A DNA stretch of 64,000 nt, taken from NCBI RefSeq assembly GCF_006345805.1, contig NC_043003.1, positions 107,880,001 through 107,944,000 on the forward strand, given 5' to 3'. A program made the translations under genes and the position numbers. The DNA is from Octopus sinensis. Its lineage: Eukaryota. Below are positions 28,009 to 42,034 of this stretch, piece after piece. Position 1 is the stretch's first letter. Every line of letters starts with the position of its first letter. The notes beneath the pieces are model-generated. The model searched no databases. It was not told the origin of the DNA and worked only from the letters and a program-made list of their open reading frames with translations.

Positions 28009-30869
28009 ACCGGATTAGCACACTAGTAAAGAGGGCTTTGACGGGAGCCATCATCAACAACAAATGGTGGTTTGCCCTCAAGAGAGCAGTAAAAGCAGAA
28101 GCGATTAGGTACAGCAAAGCACTAGCCATAGATAGAAATAGAGTAGAGGGTGAGCTAGTTAAGAAGCTAGAAGAGGCAATTAGAAGCGGCATCGCATCCG
28201 ACGTTTTGGCGGCGAGGTTGGCCCTCGACCAACACTTCAACGCCAAACACGAAGGATGTGCTGTCAGAGCTAGGATGCGTGCTCTAAGGAACGAAGGTGT
28301 TGGAGCCGCGAGAGAGGCCCGGGTGGCAGAGGCGCAACAGGGCAACAAAGCCACCATTCGGTCACTGGTAGATGAACAGGGGCGCGAATTGCTCGAGCCA
28401 GTAAAATTGTGAGGCCTTTCAGCAGCATTTTGCCCGACTGTTCGGAACGAGTGGAGGGCAAGAACGTAGGGTGGACTTCAGTGCCTACCTACATAGCCTA
28501 CCACGACTCTCGACAAGAAAGGCAGGGTGCTGCGAAGGTGCCATCACGGCGGCGGAAGTGCGGGAAGCGATGGCAGAATGCTCGAGGGACAAATCACCGG
28601 GTTTGGATGGTCTACCCTACGAGCTTTACAATTGTATGCCAGACTTGTTTGGAGATCTCTTGGCGGCGGTGTACTGCAACTGGCAGCAAAACGGGAGCAT
28701 TCCTGGTTTTGTGAGCCGAGGAGCCGTAACACTGCTGAAGAAAGATCTAAACAAGGGAATGTAATAGATAACTTTAGGCCCATCACTCTGCTTAATGCAG
28801 ACTTGAAAATTTTGGCCAAGGTGCTAGCCAAGAGGTTGGCGCTTGTCATCGAGAAACTGGTCGACAAGGCGCAAACATGCGCCGTGCCAGGCCGGACCAT
28901 CCATGACAACCTCCATCTGATGCGCTACATCATAGACAGGGTAGTTAACGAACCTGGCATGGGTGGGGCCCTGATCAACTTGGATCAATCAAAAGCCTTT
29001 GATAGGGTAGACCATCGATACTTGGAGGCGGTCCTGAGAGCGGCTGGTTTCGGTCCCGTCTTCCGCGGCTGGATAGCTGCCTTGTACAGAGGCATCCGTT
29101 CGGTAATTCGCGTAAATGGACATCTATCGAGACCTTTCGACATTGCACGTTCGGTCCGTCAGGGATGCCCCCTCTCGGCGCTTCTATACGTATTGACTCT
29201 TGAGCCACTACTGCGGAAGCTGGCGACTCTAAGGGGCATCCCGCGAGAATTGGGATGCGGGACGAGCGTGTCTGCATACGCGGACGACGTCACCGTCATA
29301 GTGTCTACCACGAGCACATCGAGCTGGTCGGCGAGACACTGAAAAACTACGAAGCGGTGACAGGAGCGAAAATCAACCGGAAAAGTCAGTGGGCTTGCGA
29401 CTAGGCACCTGGAGAAGCAAGCCCATGCCGTCCACCAGCGCCTCCGTCGTGGACGCTGGACCGACGGCCCGGTTGAGTTGCTCGGGGTCTGGTTTGGTCC
29501 GGACCTCCAAGTGGAGAAGAACGGAACGAGATAACGAGTAGGGTGGTCACTCTCGCCCGGCAATGGGCCGAGAGGAAACTGTCCCTAAAAGGTCGAGCGG
29601 AGGTGGCGAACACGTACATCGCGTCCGTCATCTACTACCGCCTGACCGTCGTACCTTGTCCCGACCCTACCATCACCAAACTACAACGCATCCTCTTTCG
29701 CTTCTTGTGGAAAGGATGCGTCCCGATGGTCAGGCGATCCATTTGCTGTCAACACCCGTTAAAAGAGGGCTGGGCATGCCGTGTTGATGATGCGCAGACA
29801 CGCGCTGAGACTGCGACATCTCTGGCTCTATGTAGACGACGGTGAACAGGTGTGGTCGCCGTTTGTGAGGCACGCTTTCCCGCAGCTCGTCTCCATGACC
29901 GAACTGCAGTCGTGGATCAAAAAGAGGCCGAGGAAGGGCGAATGGCACCGCGAGTGTCGCGTTGCTCTCAAGCAACTCTGCCGTCCTGGGTCGACCTTAA
30001 GTGACTTCAACACAACCAAAGCATTCTATAGGGGTTTAGTGGAGGGGAGGTACGACGACGAGCTCGGGGCGAACCTGGACGTCGACGAGGAGTACCTGAC
30101 CCGCCTGTTCGGGACGACTTTCGGGCCAGGGCCCATGGACAACTTCCAGAATCCCTGGCCTGGCAGTGCTACCGAGAAGCGCTACCCGTTCGGGATAAGC
30201 TCTACAGACACGGCTCGAGAAACACGGGGCCGACCTGCCCGAGATGCGGTCAGAGGCGACGAAACCGTTCTGCACGCACTCGTTCAGTGTCCAACAATTT
30301 CCGACCTGTGGGCTTATGTCGAACAACTGCTGTCACGTGTGGGACGAGTCGGTTTATCAGCTGAGTCTATCGTCAATATTGTCACGCCTCCTTCCTTCAA
30401 ACGGGAAGGAAGAGCTATTTTCATCATCCTTGTGGCTATGGCGAAAGAATGTATCTGGTGGACGCGTCTGAAAGGATTGGAGACAAACACTTTCCTCTCT
30501 GGTCAATCTCTCATCAACTTCTTCAAGTACCACTTGAAAAGGAAAGTGAGAGTAGAGAGGCAAGTTTTGTCTAGCGAATGTTTTAAAAAAAGATGGGTGA
30601 ATGTAGCAAGAATGGCACGTATGAATGACGAAGCCACCTTGAGCATAGTCCTATGAACCCGAAATCGAAAACAGAGAGTTGCTTATTTGCAAAAAAAAAA
30701 AAAAAAAAAAAAAAAAGAAATATAAAATGTGACTTCATTGACCGAGGTTACCGTGGTCTTTTCCGCAGGCTTTTCTTTCCACGGGTAAACCTCACCTGTC
30801 CTCCCCTTTACACTTCATATTGACATTTCTGTGATAACGATCCCTATTGATCATTTTTTTTTCCTCTCC

Positions 30870-30903
<34 letters not shown>

Positions 30904-30965
30904 CCCCCCTTATTTTTGTCCTCTTTCTCTCCTTTTACGATCCCTTTTGATCGAACCTCCCCCTT

Positions 30966-31002
<37 letters not shown>

Positions 31003-31071
31003 CCTTCAAAAGAAAAGCTCTACCTTGTATAGTTCTATCTGTGTGCAGCCCTGTGTGGCTAATAAAGAAAC
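28009..31071 (+). mobile_element. L1/Tx1-type non-LTR retrotransposon, copy 2 (5'-truncated, endonuclease absent)
   Basis: RT motifs NFRPITLLNADLKILAKVL, PGRTIHDN, LDQSKAFDRVDH, RQGCPLS, YADD (29277); C-terminal zinc knuckle; ends AATAAAGAAAC then (TATC)n. Confidence 0.93.
28011..30656 (+). pseudogene. Frameshifted ORF2 (reverse transcriptase plus zf-RVT-like tail) of Tx1-like copy 2
   Basis: ORF track segments 28038-28412, 28471-28764, 28527-29342, 29543-29845 and 29781-30656 join by small indels. Confidence 0.85.
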
Positions 31072-31076
31072 ATATA

Positions 31077-31130
<54 letters not shown>

Positions 31131-31678
31131 CATATCTATCTGCCTGTTTATTTGTCAGTTTGTCTATTTAGTACATGTAGGTATTATTACCCACGTCTCT
31201 TATCATGCCAGTTTTAATGTAACAAAATGGACGCTACACAACCTGCAAGCTGTAAAGCAAGTATCTGTGCTGAGTTGCAATGTTAACACATGAGAAGCAT
31301 ATATATATGTATACATACATACACGTATATATGTAAAAGTATATATATATATATATTATATATATATATATATATGTATGTATATATGTGTGTGTGGTGT
31401 GGGTGTATTTATATGCATGTAGAGAGTTTTGAAGTGATGTACAGATATTGTATATTGAGAATAACAAGGTAGTCAATGTATAAATATAAATGTATGTATA
31501 CATATATATACACATATATATTTGTTTATGATATATGATGTATATATAATACATACATATATACATATACATATTACATGGATATATATATATATAGTTA
31601 TATATATATATATATACATGTATATATGTATATGTATATATGTATGTATTATATATAAATGTGTATATATATATATAT

Positions 31679-31709
<31 letters not shown>

Positions 31710-31869
31710 ATATATATATATATTATATATATATATGCATGTATGTTTGTGCGTGTGTGAGTGTGTGGGTGGGCTAGTGGATGCTTGCGTGTTTGTATGT
31801 GTGAGCGTGCTTCTCTACCAAACTCATTTACAACCACTCTAATGAATTCAAAGGCTGAAGAGAAAAGAT

Positions 31870-32100
31870 ACCTCTTCTTCTTCTTCTTCTTCTTCTTCTT
31901 CTTCTTCTTCTTCTCCCCCTTCTCCTCTTCCCCTCCTCCCGATTGTTCTTCTTCTCCTTCTTCTTCTTCTTCTCCTCTCCTCCTCCCCCTTCTCCTCCTC
32001 CCCTCCTCCCCCTTGTTCTTCTTCTTTTTCTTCTTCTTCTTCTTCTTCTTCTTCTTCTTCTTCTTCTTCTTCTTCTCTTCCTCCTCCTCCTCATCACAAC
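31870..32100. repeat. (CTT)n/(CTC)n microsatellite
   Basis: Direct reading. Confidence 0.95.
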
Positions 32101-32175
32101 AGAAGCAACAGCAGCAGTTGTAGCATCACAAGTATCAGCTTTGTACACATCTACTTATTTATTTTCATTGATATT

Positions 32176-32234
32176 ACATACATACATACATAAATACATA
32201 GATAAATACATACATACATACATTCATACATACA

Positions 32235-32265
<31 letters not shown>

Positions 32266-33557
32266 CATACAAACATACATACATACCATACATACATACA
32301 TACATACATAATACATACATACATACATAAATACATACATAGATACATACATAAATACATAGATAAATACATACATACATCATACATACATACATAATAT
32401 ACATACATACATACATTACATACATACCTACATACATACATACATACATACATACACATACATACATACATACATACATACATAGATACATACATAAATA
32501 CATAGATAAATACATACATACATACATTCATACATACATACATACATACATACATAGATAAATACATACATACATACATTCATACATACATACATACATA
32601 CATACATACATACATTCATACATACATACATTCATTCATACATACATACATACATACATACATACATACATACATGCATACATACATAGATAAATACATA
32701 CATACATACATACATTCATACATACATACATACATACATACATACATTCATACATACATACATTCATTCATACATACATACATAAATACATACATACATT
32801 CATACATACATACATACATACATACATACATACATACATACATGCATACATACATACATAAATACATACATACATACATACATACATAAATACATACATA
32901 CATACATACATACATCATACATACATACATACATACATTCATTCATACATACATACATACATAAATACATAAATACATACATACATCATACATTCATACA
33001 TACATACATACATACATACATACATACATAGATACATCATAAATACATAGATAAATACATACATACATACATTCATACATACATACATACATACATACAT
33101 ACATACATCATACATACATACATACATACATACGTACATACAAACATACATACATATACATACATACATACATACATACATACATACATCATACATACAT
33201 GCATGCATGCATGCATGCATGCATACATACATACATACAATACATACATACATACCTACATACATTCATACTACATACATACATACATACATACATTCAT
33301 ACATACATACATACATACATACGTACATACAAACATACATACATAATACATACATACATATACATACATACATACATACATACATACATACATACGTACA
33401 TACAAACATACATACATACATACATACATACATACATTCATACATACATACATACATACATACATACATACATACATACATTCATACATACATACATTCA
33501 TTCATACATACATACATAAATACATACATAAATACACATATACATACATACATACAT
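32176..33557. repeat. About 1.4-kb (CATA)n array with variant units
   Basis: Direct reading. Confidence 0.97.
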
Positions 33558-34057
33558 AAACACACTTCCTCGCTCATGTGATCATTGTACTGACATTTAT
33601 TATTACATTCACAAACAGATCTTCCTTCATATCTCTCATGTTCTTTGATTTTGGATGAATTGCTTCAGTTGTTATAAGTAACAGTAAATCGTTATTGTAA
33701 CACTAAATACACTTAAATTTTCTTTTGAAGGTAAACTGATTGAAATATACCGTCATCTTCGTACGAAATTTCATTTAATCTCCCTCGTAGTAATATATTT
33801 TCCCTTCGATGAATGTATGAATGAAATAAGCGAAGATTATAAAACACAAAAGCCATTTATAAAAAAAAAGCTTCAGATGAAAAATGCATGGTACCATTAT
33901 TATAAGGACACACTATATTAGATTACGTTATGTATGAAAGCTGTGAGTTTTGTTAGAAGTTCTATGACCTTGGCGAAGCTGATAAAGCGAACCAGGTTCG
34001 ATTTTAACCTGTAGCTATTTCAATCAATTACTCCGCTAAAGTCTATTAATATACGTA

Positions 34058-34850
34058 CGAGGAAGTCCCTGAGTAAGCGGAAACGTTCTCTGTGCGACAA
34101 GCTAATTGTAGTTGAGGCTTTCATCGTTAGAATCCACTTGATGCAACCCCTAGAGATCAGTATGCCGATCGGCGTCGTCAAGTGTAGTCCAACTGTCACG
34201 TGGTGCGTGTTTGCTTTGAAATGCTTCTCCTCAGTTCGTCGATTTTTACAATGGCTGAAACGAAGGAACAGCATGTTTCCGTGAAATTCTGTTTAATACT
34301 GGGGAGAACAGCAGCCAAAACGGTTGTCATGCTTCAGACAGCTTACAAAGATGTTGTCACGAGCAAAACACAGTTTATGAGTGGTTTTCACACTTTAGGA
34401 ATGGTCACTTGTTGCTTGAGGACCAAACTCGTTGAGGGCGTTCGTCGACCTCCCGGACGTATGAAAACACCATGAAAATTCCTGAACTGATTTTAGAGGA
34501 CCATCACTGATTAATTGACGAACTTGATGTGATTGGTATGTATTGGAGCTCCTGTCAACGAATTTTGAGCGTGGAATTGCGAATGAAAAGAGTTACAGCA
34601 AAATTTGTGCCTCACTTGCTCACGGAAGATTAAAAGAAGTCACGACTGAATGCGTATCGCGAACTGAAAGAACATTTGGAAGTTGATCGGGACTTTTTTT
34701 CGAAGGCCATCACTGGTAACGAAAGCAGATGTGGAAGAGGTGAAGAAGAAAAAAAAAAGAAAAACGACGGAGGAGTTAAAAAGCATCACTTAGCAAGAAT
34801 TCCAGCACTATTTCGAACAGTGGAAAACGCATCTTGACACATGCATTTTG
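34058..34850 (+). mobile_element. Internally deleted mariner-family transposon
   Basis: TA|CGAGG start; MAETKEQHVSVKFCLILG..YEWFSHF..EDQTR; MKRVTAKFVPHLLTE; ITGNES; catalytic core deleted. Confidence 0.8.
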
Positions 34851-35180
34851 TATGTGGTGGATGGCATGACTTAAAATTCAGGTATTGATGTGTGTCCAAT
34901 TTACAAAGCAGATGAGTAGTACCAAATTACCATTCCTAGCTATGATGATAATTGAAAAGGACACGACCATTACTACAGATATATACTATAAGCACACGGA
35001 CACATATCAATACCTGAATTTTAAGTCGTGCCGTCCAACACATACAAAACTCAACATCCCATACTGCTTAGCCAGAAGAGTTTGTACCATTGTAGAAGAT
35101 GCGAATATCAGGAACAAGCGCCTAACAGAACTAAGAGAATTTTTGCTCGAACAAAAATACCCGTCTCTACTTATAGAAAA

Positions 35181-35975
35181 CTAGCAGCATAGCCCGGCGT
35201 TGCCCGGGTATGTAAGAGCCCCTAGTAGGCAACGACTAATCCCAATCTAGTCCTTTCCCTCTAGGGAAAGAAGACGCATGTGTAGGTTGCAATTTCTTCT
35301 CTTCACTCCCAAATAACTATCAAACAGCTATCGATAATTCAACCCAACCAATTCCTACCAGGAAGAAATTACATTCGAGACTTTACCCCCAACACCGCCA
35401 CTTCTGCTAATAGCTGCTGCAGCCGCAAGTTATTCGAATACTTTTTTTGTTTACACTTTCTTTATAACTACCACCCCAAACGTTTTACCTTAAATTTTTG
35501 ACGTACCCTAAGGGTCCTCGGACGCTACTTGCAAACTCTTGGTTTATTATAAACCGCTTTTGTCATGTGCACCCAAAAACCTTTTCCATTCGCTTGTTCA
35601 GTTTGATCACTTTTGACTTTTTCGTTGTTGTCACTCACAATGCTACCCGCTTTTTTGCCGTTTTTGTACATTTTTATACATTTTGGGATACTTAAAAAGG
35701 TCGAGTTGCGTCCCCTAGACAGTCTTTAGAAAATGTGTTGCATATAAAAAGCTTAGATTCTTGACCCATGTCGAATTTATCGATTTTTTTTTCAGAACTG
35801 GGGGAACTTTTCAAAATTTTTGCTGCGTTAGTTTTGAATTATGACATTGGGCTATGTGTGTGTCAAGTTTCATCAGAATCGGTTGAAAGCCGTGGTTAGG
35901 GTGAGGGTACAACCTGACAGACACACAGACACACAGACACACAGACAGACAAACTGCCGTTTATATATAGAGAGA
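35181..35975 (-). mobile_element. Non-autonomous Helitron inserted in the Penelope-like ORF
   Basis: Minus strand A|TC...hairpin CCCGGGCAACGCCGGG...CTAG|T; removal restores GAA AAT GGC (LIEN-GIQR). Confidence 0.9.
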
Positions 35976-37172
35976 TGGCATACAGCGGGCTATGAAAATA
36001 CCAATACAAAAACTTAGGACAACCCAAAAAGAGGGAAACAAGAACATGTCATACCATTTATAGCGACACACAACTCATGTTACCAGAATATCTTCAACAT
36101 TGCCAAAGCAAATCTATCAATCATTGTTCAAAGTAATGGATTAAAAGATATTATCACAGATCCAGCTTTGGTTCTTAGTAAAAGACAGCCTAAAAACTTG
36201 AAAAATATTAGCAAAGACAAAGTTTGACCTTAGCAACAAAGACCAATCGTTTACTGTATCTAAATGCATGATAGCTGGTGTGGCATATGCCAATTCTTAC
36301 ATACCGGCCAATATATGAATACAGGAACCGGAAAAAATATTCACAAACGCAAATATGAGCTGCAAAAGCAGAAATTTGATTTCCTGCATCAAATGCCCGA
36401 ATTGTGAAGAATCATATGTGGGTCAGACTGGAAATGCACTATCAGAACGTTCACGTGTGCACCGACTGCAAATTAGAAACCCAGATGTCCGTCAGATATC
36501 TTTGAGTAACCACCTAGCAACATGTGATCGGAAATATTTATATTTCCATTTCACAAACTACACAGTCCAAGTGAAATCGAGGAAAAAGATCAGAGAAAAG
36601 AACTTTATTGATAAATTCGAACCCAAGCTAAATAAACAGTAATAATAATAATTAGAGGTATTATTTCTACTACTATGACCACTAACAACAACAGCAACAA
36701 CAACAATACTGAAGGTTCTCTTGATGACGATAGTAAGAAAATACTAGCTAAGTCAAGAGAAAAGCTAGTAAAAATAATCTTATATAAGGTTTAGAGTTCT
36801 ATTACCACAGCTACTCCTGCCACTACCACCACTACCACCACTAACGACAACAATAATAAAGGTGACGATAATGGTGATGATGATAATTGAAATGTAAAAA
36901 TCCCTAGGAAATGTTTACAACATTTTCTAAAAATAGCCAAACAATTACTGCTTTGGCCAGCCAAAATACAGGTCTCTTGATATGTTCATCAAAGCGTGAC
37001 GCCTAAACCAAACACCAATCAACTTAAGTAATTTAGTGAAGCTACACACTGATTGGTCAGAATATAGTTTGCAAAATTTAACATTTGGAACCTACACAAA
37101 TGTATTTAAGGCACACATTTTAGCCATCTCACTACTGTTGTAAATTGTAAAGCAACTTTCACCATTACCATA

Positions 37173-37217
37173 TGAACCTGAAGATTGCAATGTTTTATGC
37201 ATGAAAGTACCAGTTCA
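37173..37217 (+). ncRNA. Minimal type I hammerhead motif, near intact
   Basis: TGAAC/GTTCA stem I, CTGAAGA, TGCA/TGCA stem II, GAAA-GTAC-CA; about 530 nt downstream of the GIY-YIG stop on the same strand. Confidence 0.6.
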
Positions 37218-37360
37218 ATCAGATTGAACATTCAATATTCTATCACTTCATTATATTATATTATATTATTATAAGATTGTAAATAAAACTTGAAAATCAA
37301 AGTTAAATTTTTTTTTTAATTAATATATTCTTCTATACAAAGTCATAAACACCCGTGTGT

Positions 37361-37539
<179 letters not shown>

Positions 37540-38536
37540 CAAGTCACAGATGTTTCGAACGAAAGTTTTGTCTATTGCCAAATATTGACAACCTTACTTA
37601 TGTATTCAGAATAGTAGATCACAAGGACAGCAGATCTCTAAAGTCATAAGGAAATATGATACAGAATGCTATCGAAAATATAGTTTTGCACAGAAATATT
37701 GAATATACTCAACCTGATATTTAGTGACAAAAGCAATAACAATAGGAAATTAATCATTCAGTGATGTCCAAAAGTAACAGTCTATGTCTGAAACCCAGGG
37801 GAGAGTCGGAATATCATATTCCAGTCAGAATGACCCTTGACATAGAAAGTATGTTCGGCTGATCCAAAGTAGAATAATTCATAAATTAATATCTGTTTAT
37901 GCTGAGATCATAAAAAGATACTGTGTTGTGCAGATGATGTATTTCATACACACGTGGGTATCTGTGTGTGTGTATATGCGTGTGTTTGCGTACGTTTAAT
38001 GGAAGCGGAAAGTAGTCGAATTGATCTGCCTTCCTGAATGTTGAGAATCTTTATTTCAAGCACGAATTCCATTTTTATAACTTAGCTGAATACATATTAA
38101 TTACCATTGCGCTGTTTCTTCCGGCTCTTTAAGCGCTAGGTTCAATTCCTAGGTTCAAATTTGCCTTTTATCTTTCGTGGGCGATTGAATAATATAATAG
38201 TCAAGTGCTCCTTTCGACGGTATTGACTATGTCGTCTTCCCTTCAAAGTTGCTGCTATTGTGAGTAAATCAGAAGCCACCATTTTTAATATTACTATTAG
38301 CATCAAATGTTCTATCGTTGTAGACGAACCATATCATATTATCATTATATTTTCAGTTTTAATTTTCTTTCGAAATATATATAATATTATATTCTGTAAG
38401 TTGTTAGTAACCATGTTGTAGTTATATAATGGTATATTTTATTTCTTTGTCTGTAATGCAAAAGATAAAGCAAAATTGAACATAATTATATACTTTTCTA
38501 TTAAAAAGCTGTCATGACACTGCCAATAAGAAATTT

Positions 38537-38686
<150 letters not shown>

Positions 38687-38764
38687 TATATATATATATA
38701 TATATAATATATATATATATATATGTATGTATATATGTATGTATGTATATATGTATGTATATAT

Positions 38765-38936
38765 TACTCTTTTACTCTTTTTACTTGTTTTAGTTATTTG
38801 ACTGCAGCCATGCCGGTGCACCGCTTTTTAGTCGCATAAATAAACTCCAGGGCTTATTCTTTGTAAGCTGCGTACTTATTCTATCGGTCTATTTTGTTGA
38901 ACCGCTAAGTTACGGGGACATAAACACACCAACTGC
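38765..38936 (-). mobile_element. SINE family A, 3' half
   Basis: Reverse complement of the family A tail. Confidence 0.75.
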
Positions 38937-40400
38937 TGTTGACATAGAACACATCATGGATCGTTTTACTGCTTCGTGTACAGCTTTTAGTCTTTCAACC
39001 TGAAAAATCGAAGGCAATGTTTACACTTGAACCAGGTGAACCGTTTATCGACACATATATCATAGTACATGATGCAATATTAAGTTTAGTTGACACTTTT
39101 GTTTATCTGGGGAGCATGTTGGCGAGAAATGGCTCCCTCGATGCAGAAAAACATCTACGAATTTGGAAAGCATCTGCAGCATTTGGGAAGTTTGAAAAGA
39201 GAGTCTATGAAAATCACAGTGTCACCAGGTGAGTGTTTACAAGGTGTGCGTACTCCACTGTATTCTTCTGAAAGATGAACCGTACACCGTAGGCCTATCA
39301 AGCTACTTGAGCGCTTTCATAATAATGTTTGAGGCACATCCTCAGCCTCAAGTGTCAAAGTAAAACACCTGTTACAAAACTCCTCGCAAAGTAAGCAAAC
39401 ATAAGCATCCAGTCACTCATCATATCTATTCGGATGTATTGGGCAGACCATGTACTTATGGAAAATAGGATTCCGAAGCAGCGGTTCTACGGTGAGTTTT
39501 GCACTGGAACCTGTCCTCGGCACAAACACCAAGAAGATTTATCTTTTTATTATTTATTTATGCGCCCTTTTCAAGCCTAGCCAGGCTCATAGGACCGGTT
39601 TCCCGGTTTCTATGGGGGGGGGGTGTTCCTCCCAGCTGGACGGGACGCCGGTCTATCGCAGCGTTACTCAAGAAACAGGAAGAAAGAGTGAAAGAAAGTG
39701 GGGGCGAAAGAGTACAACAGGAGTCGCCACCACTCCCTGCCAGAGCCTCGTGGAGCTTTAGGTGTTTTCGCTCAATAAACACACACAACGCTCAATCTGG
39801 GAATCGAAACCGCGATCCTCCGACCGCGAGTCCGCTGCCCTAACCACTGGGCCATTGCGCCTCCACACCAAGATGATACCAAGACTGCATAACAGGCGAC
39901 CTGAAGGAGGTGCCGATCAATATAAAGATCTGGGAAGGACTAGCTTTAGAAAGAGATAAATGGAAGAAGCGAATAAGGAAAGGTGGCAAAACATGTGAAG
40001 ACGGTCACCTTAAGCACGAAAGCCTAAAGTGCTGGCTTCGGCGAGGCTGTCATTAGAAACTCAATGAAAACGTAAACTGTTGGAGGTGTGAAACACGTGA
40101 CTGCGCATTCCTTTCTAAGGCTGGGTATGTCAAGTATCTGAATGAAAGATCAACTCTATGCAACGTTCTTCCTCCTTGACCGGGTGATTCGACGTCTTTA
40201 GTGTATGAAAAGACCTGCAAGTCGATTTCAGGATGGTGTTTCAGAAGGATCATATCTCACAAAGTGATTCAATCAAAGTTGCAACTATCGACTGTCACCT
40301 ATATTTCGAACCATGCTGATCTGCAGTGGGACTGAAGAGTCATTTGGGAGGTCATAGACGGAATGTCAGAAATACCATTGACAGCAAGGAAGTTCAAAGA
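38937..40400 (+). mobile_element. Decayed RTE-clade LINE 3' part, interrupted by SINE B
   Basis: TFVYLGS..KASAAFG, ERFHNN.LRHIL, RIPKQ.FYGE, IWEGLALERDKWKKRIRKG, terminal zinc-finger-like SAVGLKSHLGGH. Confidence 0.75.
39539..39864 (-). mobile_element. SINE family B
   Basis: TSD ACACCAAGA(A/T)GAT (39526-39538, 39865-39877); A box TGGCCCAGTGG, B box GGTTTCGATTCC. Confidence 0.92.
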
Positions 40401-40472
40401 GATGGTAATCCATATGTATAAATGAACATATATAAAGACATACATATATAACCATACATAATACATATATGG

Positions 40473-40569
<97 letters not shown>

Positions 40570-41180
40570 GAATCTCTGAATAAAAACTAATTAATGTTAA
40601 TATATATTCAATAAGCACAACCTTGAACCTGTACAACTTGTCATAGCTATCTGGATAGAAGGGGAAACATGGAAACTCGAATAGGCACATACATGATCAC
40701 GCATTTTAAGATACACACAAATACATTAGAATCCAAACGCATATACCACTAGGTATTTCAAGACACTTTTAGACATAAAACACACGCGTATAGACATTTG
40801 TATACAAGTCTTTTTAACATATATATTCGATCAAACTGGAGGAAACAGTTGTATAAAACTGTAAAATATGTCTAATTCGTCAACTGGACAGTTTTGTTGC
40901 GCTAAGCAAAGTTTTGTAGCTTTACTTAGATTTTTTTCTATTTTCTCATCGTCATTTATTGATCTTCCATTGCAACAGACCGAGTTTTCCCCTCATCACA
41001 CCAAATAACAAACGAATTACTGTATTACTGCCGGAAGACGATATTTTATTAATAAAGAAGTGATTGATAGAACCTACCTTTTAGCTCTATGTCAGTCTGG
41101 CGGTTAGGAAAATGTATAACGCCGACGATGACGGCGAAACTGAAAAATGGGAAGAAAGTTGAGAGGTAAGATAGAGATAG

Positions 41181-41245
<65 letters not shown>

Positions 41246-42034
41246 AACAGAGAGAGAGAAGTGTATAAAAGGAAAAGAAGAAAGAAGTAGAAAGACGTAG
41301 ACGACGGAGAAGAAGAAAAAGAATAGAAAATCAGAAAAAGAAAAAAGAAAGAAAAAGAAGATGAAAAAAGAAGAAATGAATGAAATAAAAGCGAAAAATG
41401 AGAAGCAGAAAATAGGAGATAATTTGATTTTAGATTATATTAGCAGAAAAAATAACATGTTAAAACATTCTGTTTCGTTGACACTCTCAACTCAAAAACA
41501 TCTTATTGCTTACATCTATCATATTTTAATTTAGAGTTAGAATAAGCGAGACGACAACTGTAATCTGTTGAGTCATTTGGTATCGTGTATTGTCAGTGGC
41601 AAGTTTAGATCCAGTGATCTTTCGGCTTGTAAACAGGATTCCCTATCAAGTTAACTATCTGACAATTTACTTGCACACACACATACACACACGAACACAC
41701 ACATACACACATGTGTGCGGGTACAGCGCAAATGGATCTCGGTCAATTACTGCGATGAGCATTCAATTGTTCGACTTGTTGAAATACCTGCTCATTGAAT
41801 AAGTCTGTAAATGGCTGAGTTTCCATCGAGTATTCCATGTATCCATCATGCAATCCTGAAGCAGAATCACTATGAGGCACTGTGTAATAAGGCTGGGACT
41901 TTGGATTACGGGCATGTTATATTTGGTGGCCTTCCGCGCAATATCATCCGACCCAATTTCAGTTACAACACTTGGATGAGGGGATGCCGAATAAATAAAA
42001 ATGTACCTCTATAAGATGTCACGAAGCTAAACGA

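Larger units (their letters stand above)
34860..37300 (+). mobile_element. Penelope-like element, 3' part (RT thumb, Cys linker, GIY-YIG endonuclease, terminal region)
   Basis: KLPFL..TDIYYKHTDTYQYL..IPYCLARRVCTI; KRQPKNLKN; WCGICQF; LISCIKCPNCEESYVGQTGNALSERSRVH..FEPKLN* (36642). Confidence 0.88.

Noticed and set aside
28009-30656. Active autonomous retrotransposon
   Set aside because: ORF1 and the endonuclease are missing. The frameshifts may partly be long-read errors, but the copy is still 5'-truncated.
33720-33830. Minus-strand short ORF (ENILLRGRLNEISYEDDG..)
   Set aside because: No convincing splice donor and no recognisable homology.
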